Below are positions 17,709-26,907 of a stretch of 37,119 bases of DNA, one piece after another. Within the stretch, counting starts at the first letter, position 1; the number at the start of each line of letters is the position of its first letter. This DNA is from an uncultured Jatrophihabitans sp. GTDB taxonomy: Bacteria > Actinomycetota > Actinomycetes > Mycobacteriales > Jatrophihabitantaceae. Below the pieces are notes generated by a model. It was not told the DNA's origin. It was given only the letters and a program-made list of their open reading frames with translations, and ran no database searches. The stretch spans positions 1,788-38,906 of the forward strand of contig CAXUNA010000004.1 of the NCBI GenBank assembly GCA_964252095.1. Direction: 5' to 3'. The translations under genes were made by a program, and so were the position numbers.

Positions 17709-19257
17709 CCGCGTGACATCACTCGATCTCGACACCCGCTCCGGGACCTCCCGGGCCCGTCGTACTCCTTCGACCGTCCGCGGCACCGCGTGGACGCCCG
17801 CCGTGTGGGGGCTGCTCGTGGTGCTCTGCGGCGCGCTGTTCCTCGACGGCCTCGACATCTCGATGGTGGGCGTGGCCCTGCCGTCCATCGGCACCGACCT
17901 GCACATGAGTTCGTCGGCCCTGCAGTGGATCGTCAGCGGCTACGTCCTCGGCTACGGCGGCCTGCTGCTGCTCGGCGGTCGCGCCGCCGACCTCATCGGC
18001 CGGCGCCCGGTGTTCCTCGCGGCCGTGGCCGTGTTCGGCGTCGCGTCGGTGGTCAGCGCCTTCCTCAGCGCGCCCGACGCCATCGTCGCGCTCCGGTTCG
18101 TCAAGGGCGCGGCCGCGGCGTTCACCGTCCCCGCCGGGCTCTCCATCATCACCACGACGTTCGCCGAGGGCCCCGCCCGCAACCGCGCGTTCAGCATCTA
18201 CACCGTCTGCGGCGCCAGCGGTTTCAGCTCCGGCCTGATCTTCGGCGGACTGCTCACCGAGCTCGGCTGGCGGGCGACGTTCGTGCTGCCCGGTCCGATC
18301 GCGCTCGCGCTGCTCGTCGTGGGCTTCCGGGTCATCCCGGTCCACGCCCGGCCGTCGTTCCGCCTCGCACACTTCGACCTCGCGGGCGCGTTCACCAGCA
18401 CGGCGGCGCTGCTGCTGCTCGTGTTCGCGGTCGTCGAGGCGCCCCGGGTCGGCTGGACCGACCCGCAGACGCTCGGTTCCCTCGCGCTGGTGGTCGTGCT
18501 CGCGGCGGCCTTCCTGCTCGTCGAGCGACGGCACGCCAGCCCGCTGCTGCGCCTGGGCATCCTGCGTTCGGGCTCGCTCGTGCACGCGAACCTCGCCGGC
18601 GCCGCGATGTTCGGTTCGTACGTGTCGTTCCAGTTCCTCGCCACGCTCTACCTGCAGAACTCACTCGGGTGGTCGCCGCTGACCATGGCCCTGGCGTTCC
18701 TGCCGACCGGTCTGCTGGTGGTCGCGAGCGCGACCCGGATGGACCGCGTGCTGGCCCGGGTCGACTCGGCCCGGCTGATCCTCGCCGGGCTCGGCGCGTT
18801 CGTCCTGGGCTACCTCCTGTTCCTGCGGGTCGACCCGTCCATGTCGTACTGGAACTTCCTGCTGCCGACGATGCTGTTGCTCGGCGTCGGCTTCGCGCTG
18901 ACCTTCCCGGCCGTGAACGCCCAGGCCACGGCCGGCGTACCGGACGCCGAGCAGGGCCTCGCCTCCGGCCTGGTCAACACCAGCATCCAGATCGGTGGCG
19001 CCGTCGTCCTCGCCGCGACCACCGCGGTGCTCGGCACCGGCAGCGCGGCACGCCCGCACCAGCTGCTCGACGGCATGACCACTGCCATCGCGGTGGTGGC
19101 CGCCGTCGCCGGTGCCGGTCTGCTCGTCACCCTGCTCCGGGTGCTCACGGCCGGTCGACGTGGCACGGCGCCCACCCCGGCAACCGCGCCGGCCGCCGTG
19201 TCCGTCTCGGACGCCGGGCCGGCCGAGGTCGCGGCCACCGACTGCGTCGCCTGCTGA
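17695..19257 (+). CDS. MFS transporter, DHA2 (EmrB/QacA-like, 14-TMS type) drug/proton antiporter
   Basis: LDGLDISMVGVALPSIGTDLHMSSSALQWIVSGYVLGYGGLLLLGGRAADLIGRRPVF (MFS motif A region), with many TM helices across ~520 aa. Start is one of ATG 17695/17701/17704. Confidence 0.9.
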   Translation: MHMMFRVTSLDLDTRSGTSRARRTPSTVRGTAWTPAVWGLLVVLCGALFLDGLDISMVGVALPSIGTDLHMSSSALQWIVSGYVLGYGGLLLLGGRAADLIGRRPVFLAAVAVFGVASVVSAFLSAPDAIVALRFVKGAAAAFTVPAGLSIITTTFAEGPARNRAFSIYTVCGASGFSSGLIFGGLLTELGWRATFVLPGPIALALLVVGFRVIPVHARPSFRLAHFDLAGAFTSTAALLLLVFAVVEAPRVGWTDPQTLGSLALVVVLAAAFLLVERRHASPLLRLGILRSGSLVHANLAGAAMFGSYVSFQFLATLYLQNSLGWSPLTMALAFLPTGLLVVASATRMDRVLARVDSARLILAGLGAFVLGYLLFLRVDPSMSYWNFLLPTMLLLGVGFALTFPAVNAQATAGVPDAEQGLASGLVNTSIQIGGAVVLAATTAVLGTGSAARPHQLLDGMTTAIAVVAAVAGAGLLVTLLRVLTAGRRGTAPTPATAPAAVSVSDAGPAEVAATDCVAC

Positions 19258-19283
19258 GCAGGTCGGTCTCGGCACCACCCACG

Positions 19284-19324
19284 AGGACCCTGCCACCGCC
19301 TTCTCGGGCCGGTGGCAGGGTCCT
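19284..19324 (+). terminator. Strong stem-loop downstream of the MFS gene (intrinsic-terminator-like)
   Basis: AGGACCCTGCCACCG (19284-19298) is perfectly complementary to CGGTGGCAGGGTCCT (19310-19324), with an 11-nt loop. It begins 27 nt after the stop codon and is followed by TCCTTCC. Confidence 0.7.
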
Positions 19325-19402
19325 TCCGGCATACGCTTCGATCCACCAACCGCGCTCTGATCGTTGCACAGGACATCGTCACCGACTGGCGTCTGGTGCC
19401 GG

Positions 19403-19597
19403 AGCGGCAAGCAGGGCGGCGATCCGGCCAAGCTCGCCGCGGCGCTGCTGCAGCTGGTCGGTCGGGGCACGACGGCCCTGCGGTGGCCCGCCGGTGCCGA
19501 CGCCGTCGGAACCCTCGAGCAGAAGGCGAAGACCCTCACCGCCGACGCCGACGCCCACCGCGAGCTGTCCAGCCACGTCGACCACGACGACGCCTGA
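19403..19597 (+). pseudogene. C-terminal remnant of a short-chain dehydrogenase/reductase gene
   Basis: SGKQGGDPAKLAAALLQLV...LRWPAGADAVGTLEQKAKTLTADADAHRELSSHVDHDDA resembles the C-terminal tail of classical actinobacterial SDRs (GDPAK...LRL.LG.DA...). No Rossmann or catalytic part is present upstream in any frame. Confidence 0.5.
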
Positions 19598-19811
19598 CCA
19601 CCGACACCGGGACCCCAGGCTCCGCCGAGTCCGGAACCCACCGTCAGCTCCGACGTCCACGGCGCCGCCCACGAGCCGCGGCACGCCAGGATTGGACGGG
19701 AAGGCAACGAAGGCCGAGCAGATCTCCACCCTGGAGGTGGTCGGCGCGAACGGTCCGTCCCACACCGACGTGCCGGCCGGCGGCATCGTGTGGGTGGCGG
19801 AGGACGAGATG

Positions 19812-20219
19812 TCAGGCGCGGTCGGTGCCGAGGTCCCGCAGCCGCGAGCGGCACTGCTCGGCGACGGTCTCGACCTCGGTCTGGATGCGGCGCAGGTCGG
19901 CGGCGCGCTGCCGGAGGTCTTCCCCGATCTCGCCGAGGCGGCTGAGCAGCAGCTCGAGCTGGCGGCGTTCGGAGGTGGAGGCGCCGTCGTACATCATGAC
20001 GATCTCGCGGATCTCCGGCAGCGACATGCCGAAGCGCTTTCCTCGCAGGATCAGGCGCATCCGGGCGTGGTCGCGCGGGTGGAAGATGCGCGAGGTCCCG
20101 CGCCGCTCGGGCGCGATGAGGCCCTCCGCCTCGTAGAAGCGCAGCGTCCGGGTCGTCACGCCCAGCTCCTCGGCGAGCTCGCCGACCGTCCACGTCCGCT
20201 CTTTCGTTTTCGCCGGCAC
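19812..20219 (-). CDS. MerR-family transcriptional regulator (LiuR-like context)
   Basis: WTVGELAEELGVTTRTLRFYEAEGLIAPERRGTSRIFHPRDHARMRLILRGKRFGMSLPEIREI. GTG start at 20219; the rest of the 435-aa ORF is antisense shadow of the acyl-CoA dehydrogenase. Confidence 0.85.
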   Translation of the reverse strand: MPAKTKERTWTVGELAEELGVTTRTLRFYEAEGLIAPERRGTSRIFHPRDHARMRLILRGKRFGMSLPEIREIVMMYDGASTSERRQLELLLSRLGEIGEDLRQRAADLRRIQTEVETVAEQCRSRLRDLGTDRA

Positions 20220-20231
20220 CTGTCTAGAGTG

Positions 20232-20255
20232 CTTGACGTAGACGTAAAGGTCAAT
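20232..20255. promoter_or_regulatory. Candidate MerR operator/promoter in the 51-bp divergent intergenic region
   Basis: CTTGACGTAGACGTAAAGGTCAAT: TTGAC...GTCAA inverted ends flanking a repeated ACGTA. Followed by AGGGAG and ATG 20271. Confidence 0.45.
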
Positions 20256-20270
20256 CCCAGGGAGCCAGCG

Positions 20271-21425
20271 ATGTCCGCCTTCGAACTGTCCGAGGACCAC
20301 GAGACCTTCCGCAAGGTGGTGCGTGACTTCGCCGAGAAGGAGGTCGCCCCGCACGTCGCCGAGTGGGACCGCGAACACCGCCTGCCGCTCGACGTCGTCA
20401 CCGCGATGGGCGACCTCGGCCTGTTCGGCCTGGCCGTCCCGGAGGAGTACGGCGGCGCCGGAGCGGACTTCACGACGCTGTGTGTGGCCATCGAGGAACT
20501 CGGCCGGGTCGACCAGTCGATCGGCATCACCCTGGAAGCCGGCGTTGGGCTCGGCATCAACCCGATCCTCACCTACGGCAACGAGGACCAGAAGCAGACC
20601 TGGCTGCCCGACCTCGTCGCCGGCCGCGCACTCGCCGGTTTCGGCCTCACCGAACCCGAGGCGGGTTCCGATGCCGGAGCGAGCAAGACCCGCGCCGTGC
20701 TCGACGGCGACCAGTGGGTCGTCAACGGCGCCAAGGCGTTCATCACCAACTCCGGCACCGCGATCACCTCGGTCGTCACCATCACCGCCAAGACCGCCGA
20801 CAACGAGATCTCCAGCATCCTGATCCCGGCGGGCACCGACGGGTTCATCGTCGAGCCGCCGTACTCCAAGCTCGGCTGGCACATCAGCGACACCCACGGC
20901 CTGACCTTCGACAACTGCCGCGTGCCCGAGGCCAACCTGCTCGGTGAGCGCGGCCAGGGCTTCCGGCAGTTCCTCGCCGTCCTCGACGACGGCCGCATCG
21001 CCATCGCGGCGCTGGCCGTCGGGCTCACGCAGGGCTGCCTCGACCTGTGCGTCGACTACGCCAAGAGCCGCGAGACGTTCGGGGTGCCGATCGGCGCGCG
21101 GCAGGGCATCGCCTTCCAACTCGCGGACCTCGCCGTGTCGGTGGAGGCCGCCCGCCTGCTGACCTACAAGGCGGCGGCCCTGAAGGACGCGTCGCGACCG
21201 GCCAAGGAGATCAAGCAGGCGGCGTCGATCGCCAAGCTGTACTCGTCGGAGGCCGCCGTCACCGCAACGAGGGTCGCCACCCAGGTGTTCGGTGGCAACG
21301 GCTTCATGGAGGAGTACCCCGTCGCCCGGTTCTACCGCGACGCCAAGATCCTCGAGATCGGCGAGGGCACCTCGGAGGTCCAGCGGATGCTCATCGCGCG
21401 CGGGCTCGGGCTGCCGGTCCAGTGA
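20271..21425 (+). CDS. Acyl-CoA dehydrogenase (short/branched-chain type)
   Basis: FGLTEPEAGSDAGASKT, WVVNGAKAFITNSG, catalytic end YRDAKILEIGEGTSEVQRMLIARGL. ATG preceded by AGGGAG. Confidence 0.92.
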   Translation: MSAFELSEDHETFRKVVRDFAEKEVAPHVAEWDREHRLPLDVVTAMGDLGLFGLAVPEEYGGAGADFTTLCVAIEELGRVDQSIGITLEAGVGLGINPILTYGNEDQKQTWLPDLVAGRALAGFGLTEPEAGSDAGASKTRAVLDGDQWVVNGAKAFITNSGTAITSVVTITAKTADNEISSILIPAGTDGFIVEPPYSKLGWHISDTHGLTFDNCRVPEANLLGERGQGFRQFLAVLDDGRIAIAALAVGLTQGCLDLCVDYAKSRETFGVPIGARQGIAFQLADLAVSVEAARLLTYKAAALKDASRPAKEIKQAASIAKLYSSEAAVTATRVATQVFGGNGFMEEYPVARFYRDAKILEIGEGTSEVQRMLIARGLGLPVQ

Positions 21426-22945
21426 GCACGACGAAGGACGTCGTCACCGCGAGGGAATCCACGCTCGCGCCGCCGGAACGCGCCGCGGCCAAGCTCGCCG
21501 ACCAGAACAAGCTGTACGTCCGTGAGCGCATCGCGCTGCTGACCGATGAGGGCAGCTTCGTCGAGGACGGCCAGCTCGCGAACGCCCTCGCCGCCGGGTT
21601 GCCGGCCGACGGCGTCGTCACGGGGCAGGCGCTGGTCGACGGCCGCCCGGCGTTGATCGTGGCCAACGACCCCACCGTCAAGGCGGGTTCGTGGGGCGCG
21701 CGGACGGTCGAGAAGATCATCCGGATCACCGAACGGGCGCTGGTCGAGGAACTGCCGATCTTCTGGCTCATCGACTCCGCCGGCGCGCGGATCACCGACC
21801 AGGTCGCGCTGTTCCCGGGCCGTCGCGGGGCCGGGCGGATCTTCCACAACCAGGTGAAACTGTCGGGCAAGGTCCCGCAGATCTGCTGCCTGTTCGGGCC
21901 TTCCGCCGCGGGCGGCGCCTACATCCCGGCCTTCTGCGACGTCGTGATCATGGTCGACGGCAACGCCTCGATGTACCTGGGATCGCCGCGGATGGCCGAG
22001 GTCGTCGTCGGGGAGAAGGTGTCGTTGGAGGAGATGGGCGGCGCCCGGATGCACACCGAGGTGTCCGGCTGCGGCGACCTGCTCGCCACCGACGACGCCG
22101 ACGCCATCGAGCAGGCGCGCCTGTTCTTCTCCTACCTGCCGACCTGCTGGCGCGAACCCGCCCCCGAGGTGGAAGCGGCGGAGCCCTCGGCACTGCTCGA
22201 CGAGAACACTGTTCCCGCCGAGGAGAGCCTGCCGTTCGACATCCACACCGTGCTCGACGGCGTCCTCGACGCCGACAGCTTCTTCGAGATCAAACCGTCC
22301 TACGCCGCCGAGGTCGTCGTCGGGTTCGGCCGCGTCGACGGCAACCCGGTCGGCGTCGTCGCGAACAACTCGGTCGTCCGCGGCGGTGTGCTGTTCGTGG
22401 ATTCCGCCGACAAGAGCGCGCGTTTCATCGAGCTGTGCGACGCCTTCAACGTGCCGCTGCTGTACTTCGCCGACGTCCCCGGCTTCATGATCGGCAGCGA
22501 CGTCGAACGCCAGGGCATCATCCGCCACGGCGCGAAGATGATCACCGCGATGGCGTCGGCGACCGTGCCGCAACTGTCGATCGTGGTCAGGAAGGCCTAC
22601 GGCGCCGGGCTCTACGCGATGAACGGCCCCGGTTTCGAACCCGACATCTGCCTCGCGCTGCCGACCGCGAAGATCGCCGTCATGGGGCCGGACGCGGCGG
22701 TCAACGCCGTCTACGCCGGCAAGCTCGCGACGATCGCCGATCCCGACGAGCGCAACGCGTTCGCCGCGGACCGCCGCGCCGAGTACGAACTCGACGTCGA
22801 CCTGCTGCGACTGGTGTCCGAGCTCGTCATCGACGACATCGTCGAGGCCGCCGATCTCCGACGTCAGATCTCCCACCGGCTCGCCGTGCTCGTCGGCAAG
22901 TCACGGGTGCAGCCGGAGAAGCACCACGGGGTGCGACCGGTGTGA
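21422..22945 (+). CDS. Acyl-CoA carboxylase beta subunit (carboxyltransferase; methylcrotonyl-/propionyl-CoA carboxylase-like)
   Basis: GKLYVRERIALLTDEGSFVE, IVANDPTVKAGSWG, LIDSAGARI, FGPSAAGGAYIPAF, ADVPGFMIGSDVERQGIIRHGAKM. GTG 21422 overlaps the upstream stop (GTGA). Confidence 0.9.
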   Translation: MSTTKDVVTARESTLAPPERAAAKLADQNKLYVRERIALLTDEGSFVEDGQLANALAAGLPADGVVTGQALVDGRPALIVANDPTVKAGSWGARTVEKIIRITERALVEELPIFWLIDSAGARITDQVALFPGRRGAGRIFHNQVKLSGKVPQICCLFGPSAAGGAYIPAFCDVVIMVDGNASMYLGSPRMAEVVVGEKVSLEEMGGARMHTEVSGCGDLLATDDADAIEQARLFFSYLPTCWREPAPEVEAAEPSALLDENTVPAEESLPFDIHTVLDGVLDADSFFEIKPSYAAEVVVGFGRVDGNPVGVVANNSVVRGGVLFVDSADKSARFIELCDAFNVPLLYFADVPGFMIGSDVERQGIIRHGAKMITAMASATVPQLSIVVRKAYGAGLYAMNGPGFEPDICLALPTAKIAVMGPDAAVNAVYAGKLATIADPDERNAFAADRRAEYELDVDLLRLVSELVIDDIVEAADLRRQISHRLAVLVGKSRVQPEKHHGVRPV

Positions 22946-23124
22946 CCGCCACCGACATCGAGGTCCGCGGCACCGACGACCCCGCCGCGATCGCGGTCGT
23001 CGTCGCGCTGCTCGGTCGCCACGAGCCGACGGCTCGGACGCCGACCGGTGTCGCCGCCTGGCAACAGACCCGACGCGCGGCCCTGCGGCGCCCGCATCGA
23101 CGACCCCACCGGGGGGCCGGCTGA
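22942..23124 (+). CDS. Acyl-CoA carboxylase epsilon-subunit-like small protein
   Basis: 60 aa; IEVRGTDDPAAIAVVVALLG resembles the ...VVRG.PT.EE.AAL.AVL... signature of AccE peptides. GTG 22942 overlaps the carboxyltransferase stop (GTGA). Confidence 0.55.
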   Translation: MTATDIEVRGTDDPAAIAVVVALLGRHEPTARTPTGVAAWQQTRRAALRRPHRRPHRGAG

Positions 23125-23265
23125 CCTGGACGAGACCCTCGATGGTGTCGCGGCCGCGGTCGCCGACACTCACCGACGGTCCGTCGCCACCCGTCGAGTG
23201 CTTCGGGTTCCACGCATCCCGTCGCGGCTGATCGACGCGTTGCTGGACCGGGGCGTCCAGACGGA

Positions 23266-24519
23266 TCAGATCGTCCGCTGGGGTCGCCACAGCCCGCCCG
23301 CCACGACGGCGCAGCCGGCGCCGAACAGGGCGACGGCGTGCCACCCCCAGGTCGCGGAGAGCACGCCGGTGACCGCGGAGGCGGCGGCGCTGGTGATGAA
23401 CAGGCTCGCCATGTAGACCGAGTTCAGCCGGGCGCGGGCGTCGGGGCGCAGGGCGTAGACGTCGCGCAGGCTGAGCACCTGGTGCGTCTGCACCGCGAGG
23501 TCGAGCAGGACGCCACCGACCGCCAGCAGCACGACGCTGCCGGCGCCGAACCCGGCGACCGCCATCGCGACCAGCGTGGTGACGATCGCGAGCGCCCGGC
23601 CGCGGACGCCGTGCCCGCGGTCACCGAGTCGCCCGGCGACCGGGGCCGCGGCGGCGCCGGCCGCGCCGATGAGGGCGAACAGTGCGACCTGGGTCTGCGA
23701 CAGTCCGTGGGCGGAGACCAGTTCGAAGGTGACGCCCGTCCAGAACGCGGTGAACGCCGCGAACAGCAGCGCCTGGCTGGCGGCCCGGCGCATCAGCACC
23801 GGCTCCTCGACGACGAGGCGGGCGGTGGACGCGATCAGCCGCGGGTACCGCGCGGTGCTCTCCGGGCGACGCTCCGGCAACAGCTTCCGGATGGCCACGG
23901 CGATGACGATCATCAGCACGGCCGACAGGCCGAAGATCGCGCGCCAGCCCCAGAGCGCGGCGACGAAACTGCTGACCGAACGGGCCAGCATGATCCCCAG
24001 CAACAGGCCGCTGGTGACCCGGCCGACGACCGAACCCCGGCTCTCCGGCGGCGCGAGGTGGGCGGCCAGCGGGACGAGCACCTGGGCGACCACCGAGGTG
24101 AGGCCGACGGCGCCGAGCGCGACGAGCAGGACGGCGAAGTTCGGGGCGAACGTCGCGCCCACCAGCGTCAGCGCCGTGGCGCCGAGGATCGTCGACGTGA
24201 GCCGCCGGTTCTCCACCAGGTCCCCGAGCGGCACGAGCAGGATCAGACCGATCGCGTACCCGATCTGGGTCAACGTCACGAGGAACGCGGCCGACCCGTT
24301 GCCGACGTGCAGGGAACGCCCGATGAGTTCGAGCAGCGGTTGGGCGTAGTAGAGGTTGGCCACGGCCGCGCCGGTGGCGACCGCCAGCAGCAGGACGACG
24401 GCCGTACCGGGCTGCTTCGTGGCGACCCCGCTGGTGTCGGGGGTCGTGCTGGCAGCTGCCGCGACGGGTGCGACGCGCTCGACATGCTCCGTGGAGGACA
24501 CGGTCGTGCTCCTGTTCAT
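23266..24519 (-). CDS. MFS transporter (12-TMS type)
   Basis: NLYYAQPLLELIGRSLHV...TQIGYAIGLILLVPLGDLVENRRL (motif A-like), with hydrophobic helices throughout. First ATG at 24519; the ORF extends to TTG 24534. Confidence 0.88.
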   Translation of the reverse strand: MNRSTTVSSTEHVERVAPVAAAASTTPDTSGVATKQPGTAVVLLLAVATGAAVANLYYAQPLLELIGRSLHVGNGSAAFLVTLTQIGYAIGLILLVPLGDLVENRRLTSTILGATALTLVGATFAPNFAVLLVALGAVGLTSVVAQVLVPLAAHLAPPESRGSVVGRVTSGLLLGIMLARSVSSFVAALWGWRAIFGLSAVLMIVIAVAIRKLLPERRPESTARYPRLIASTARLVVEEPVLMRRAASQALLFAAFTAFWTGVTFELVSAHGLSQTQVALFALIGAAGAAAAPVAGRLGDRGHGVRGRALAIVTTLVAMAVAGFGAGSVVLLAVGGVLLDLAVQTHQVLSLRDVYALRPDARARLNSVYMASLFITSAAASAVTGVLSATWGWHAVALFGAGCAVVAGGLWRPQRTI

Positions 24520-24571
24520 GGACGATGCGTCCAACTAGACGCCACGTCCACAAAGTACACCGGACCCGCGA

Positions 24572-25234
24572 TCATTCCCGCGACCGGATCCCGGCGACGA
24601 GTTGGTCCACGGAGTCGATCGCGAACTGCTCGGTCAGCGGCCGGTGGCCCATGAGCAGGCGGTAGTAGATCGGCGCGAACACGTGGTCCATCGCCACGTC
24701 GACGTCGGTGTCGGCGGCGAACTCGCCGGCGGCGATCCCGGCTTCCACGATCGCGACCACCGAGGTCCGACGCGGCGAGAGCCACTGGTCCCGCAGCGCG
24801 TCGGCGAGCTCGGGCTGGCTCTGCGCCTCGGCCACCAGGCTGCGCATGAGCGCGCCGGCCGGAGAGGTGAACAACCGGACCAACTCCACCGCGAGCACCC
24901 GCAACGCCTCACCGGCCGGCACCCCGGCCGGCACCTGCCCGAGGGGGTCGGCGCGCAGCATGAACCCCTCCATGGCCACCGCACCCCGCGACGGCCACCA
25001 GTTGTAGATCGTCTGCTTGCTGACTCCCGCCCGCCCCGCGATCGCCTCCATGGTCGCGGCCGACAGCCCGCCCTCGAGCATCAGATCGCCCGCCGCGGCG
25101 AGGATCGCCGCGCGGCGGGATTCGTCGCGCGGCCGACCGCGACGCCGGTCGGAACCGTCGACCGAAGCGTGAGAGGGCACCTCGGCATTGTGGCCGCCCG
25201 GGCCACCCTGCGACCGACCGCCTCGCGCGTCCAC
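24572..25234 (-). CDS. TetR/AcrR-family transcriptional regulator
   Basis: HTH region RRAAILAAAGDLMLEGGLSAATMEAIAGRAGVSKQTIYNWWPSRGAV. Immediately upstream of, and co-directional with, the MFS gene. Start GTG 25234 or 25180. Confidence 0.88.
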   Translation of the reverse strand: MDARGGRSQGGPGGHNAEVPSHASVDGSDRRRGRPRDESRRAAILAAAGDLMLEGGLSAATMEAIAGRAGVSKQTIYNWWPSRGAVAMEGFMLRADPLGQVPAGVPAGEALRVLAVELVRLFTSPAGALMRSLVAEAQSQPELADALRDQWLSPRRTSVVAIVEAGIAAGEFAADTDVDVAMDHVFAPIYYRLLMGHRPLTEQFAIDSVDQLVAGIRSRE

Positions 25235-25295
25235 GCCGGATGGCGAGGCGGCAGCGGTCGGCTCCGCCTGCGACGGGCGTCAGCGGTGAGGCGCC

Positions 25296-25967
25296 TCAGG
25301 CGTGCGGTCGGTCAGCGCCGGGTGACGGCGCGGTTCCACGCGAGGTCGACCTCCGGACGGGACGTCGTCGTGGCTTCGGCAACACCCGGTCGGCGAGCGC
25401 CGACGCGAGCAGGGCCTCGGTGGCGTCGTCGACGACGACGTCGGCCTCGGCGCGTGCGAGCCGGCCGGAGGCGACGAGAGCGGCTGCGCCCTGCATGGTG
25501 GCCGCGAACAGCAGCTTGAACCGGGTGCGGCCATCGTCGCCGGTGTCGCCGGCGGCCGGTTCTGCCAGTGCTTCGTCGAGGACCTGGAACAACCGGGCGG
25601 CCGCGTGCTCCACGGGGTCGGACCCGCCGGCGACCTTCGTCGCGAACATCAGCTCCATGAGCGCGGCGTCGTCGACCGCGAAGTCGACGTACGCGTGGCC
25701 GACCAGACGCAGACGCTCCGCCATGTCGCCGGAGCGGGACAGCGCCTCCTCGACGAGGTGGGTGAGCCGCGCGAAACCCTGGACGGCCAGGGCATCGAGC
25801 AACGCCCGGCGGTCGACGAAGTGGGCGCGCGGCGCTCCGTGACTGACGCCGGCCCGCCGAGCGAGATCCCGCAGCGACAACCCGTCGGCCCCCGCCTCGC
25901 GCAGCACCACCTCGGCCTGTTCGAGCAGCACGGCCCGCAGGTTGCCGTGGTGGAACGGTCGGGACAC
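25296..25967 (-). CDS. TetR/AcrR-family transcriptional regulator
   Basis: FHHGNLRAVLLEQAEVVLREAGADGLSLRDLARRAGVSHGAPRAHF. GTG start at 25967. Confidence 0.9.
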   Translation of the reverse strand: MSRPFHHGNLRAVLLEQAEVVLREAGADGLSLRDLARRAGVSHGAPRAHFVDRRALLDALAVQGFARLTHLVEEALSRSGDMAERLRLVGHAYVDFAVDDAALMELMFATKVAGGSDPVEHAAARLFQVLDEALAEPAAGDTGDDGRTRFKLLFAATMQGAAALVASGRLARAEADVVVDDATEALLASALADRVLPKPRRRPVRRSTSRGTAPSPGADRPHA

Positions 25968-26004
25968 ACCGTCATCGTAGAGCGACCTAGACGTTGCCTA
26001 GTTT

Positions 26005-26019
26005 CTAGACAGTGTCTAG
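26005..26019. promoter_or_regulatory. Perfect 15-bp palindrome, candidate TetR operator
   Basis: CTAGACAGTGTCTAG (7-bp arms, 1 central base) lies 10 nt before the SDR ATG. A related CTAGACGTTGCCTAG sits just upstream (25987-26001). CTAG is otherwise rare in this GC-rich DNA. Confidence 0.65.
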
Positions 26020-26028
26020 TCTGGCGTC

Positions 26029-26907
26029 ATGGCCACCTCATCGCCCCTGCCCGACCTGACCGGTCGCACCGTCGTCGTCACCGGCGCGTCCAGCGGGATC
26101 GGCCTCGCCACCGCACGAGCGTTCGGCGCCGCCGGCGCGCGCGTCGTGCTCGCCGTGCGCAACGTGTCGAAGGGCGACGACGCCGCCGCCACCGTTCCCG
26201 GTGACGCCGTCGTGCGTCGGCTCGACCTCGCCGACCTCGCGTCCGTCCACGCCTTCGCCGACGGGTGGGATGACGGCCCGATCGACGTGCTCGTCAACAA
26301 CGCCGGGGTCTCGGTGCCGACGCTGCAACGCACTCGCGACGGTTTCGAGATGCAGTTCGGCACGAACCACCTCGGCCCGTTCGCGCTGACCACCCTGCTG
26401 TTGCCGCACGTCACCGGCCGGGTCGTGTCGCTGTCGTCGCAGGCCGAGCGGGCGGCCCGGCTCGACCTCGACGACCTCAACTGGGAACGTCGGCCCTACA
26501 AGGAATCCGCGGCCTACGCGGTGTCGAAGCTCGCCACCTTGCTGTTCACCGCCGAGCTCCAACGCCGGTTGACCGCGGCCGGGTCGACGGTTCTCGCCAC
26601 GGCTGCCCACCCCGGGCTGGTGGCGACGAACATGACCGGCCAGACCACCGGCCTCGTCGGCCTGCTCACCACGCTGTTGGCGCAGACCCCCGAGGCCGGG
26701 GCGCTCCCCGTGCTCCTCGCCGCCACCGGCGACGTGCCCGGTGGCGCCTTCACCGGCCCGCGCCGCCTGCTGCACATGCGCAGCGGCGCCGAGCTCATCG
26801 GCCGGTCGAGGAAGGCCCGTGACGTCGAGCTGGCGGCGCGGTTGTGGGCGGCGTCGGAGGCGATGACCGGCGTGACATTCGCTCCTGCCGCAACGCGCCC
26901 ACGCTGA
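26029..26907 (+). CDS. SDR-family oxidoreductase (retinol-dehydrogenase-like)
   Basis: TGRTVVVTGASSGIGLATA, NNAGV, catalytic YAVSKLA. Confidence 0.9.
   Translation: MATSSPLPDLTGRTVVVTGASSGIGLATARAFGAAGARVVLAVRNVSKGDDAAATVPGDAVVRRLDLADLASVHAFADGWDDGPIDVLVNNAGVSVPTLQRTRDGFEMQFGTNHLGPFALTTLLLPHVTGRVVSLSSQAERAARLDLDDLNWERRPYKESAAYAVSKLATLLFTAELQRRLTAAGSTVLATAAHPGLVATNMTGQTTGLVGLLTTLLAQTPEAGALPVLLAATGDVPGGAFTGPRRLLHMRSGAELIGRSRKARDVELAARLWAASEAMTGVTFAPAATRPR

Noticed and set aside
16821-21425. Very long ORFs in the track (16821..21425 +, 1534 aa; 427..3876 -, 1149 aa; 9941..13105 +, 1054 aa; 32929..35088 +, 719 aa)
   Set aside because: Their translations are Arg/Pro/Gly/Ala-rich nonsense typical of off-frame or antisense reading of high-GC genes. 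Only the last 384 aa of 16821..21425 (the acyl-CoA dehydrogenase) looks like a real protein. The regions are fully explained by recognisable genes in other frames or on the other strand.
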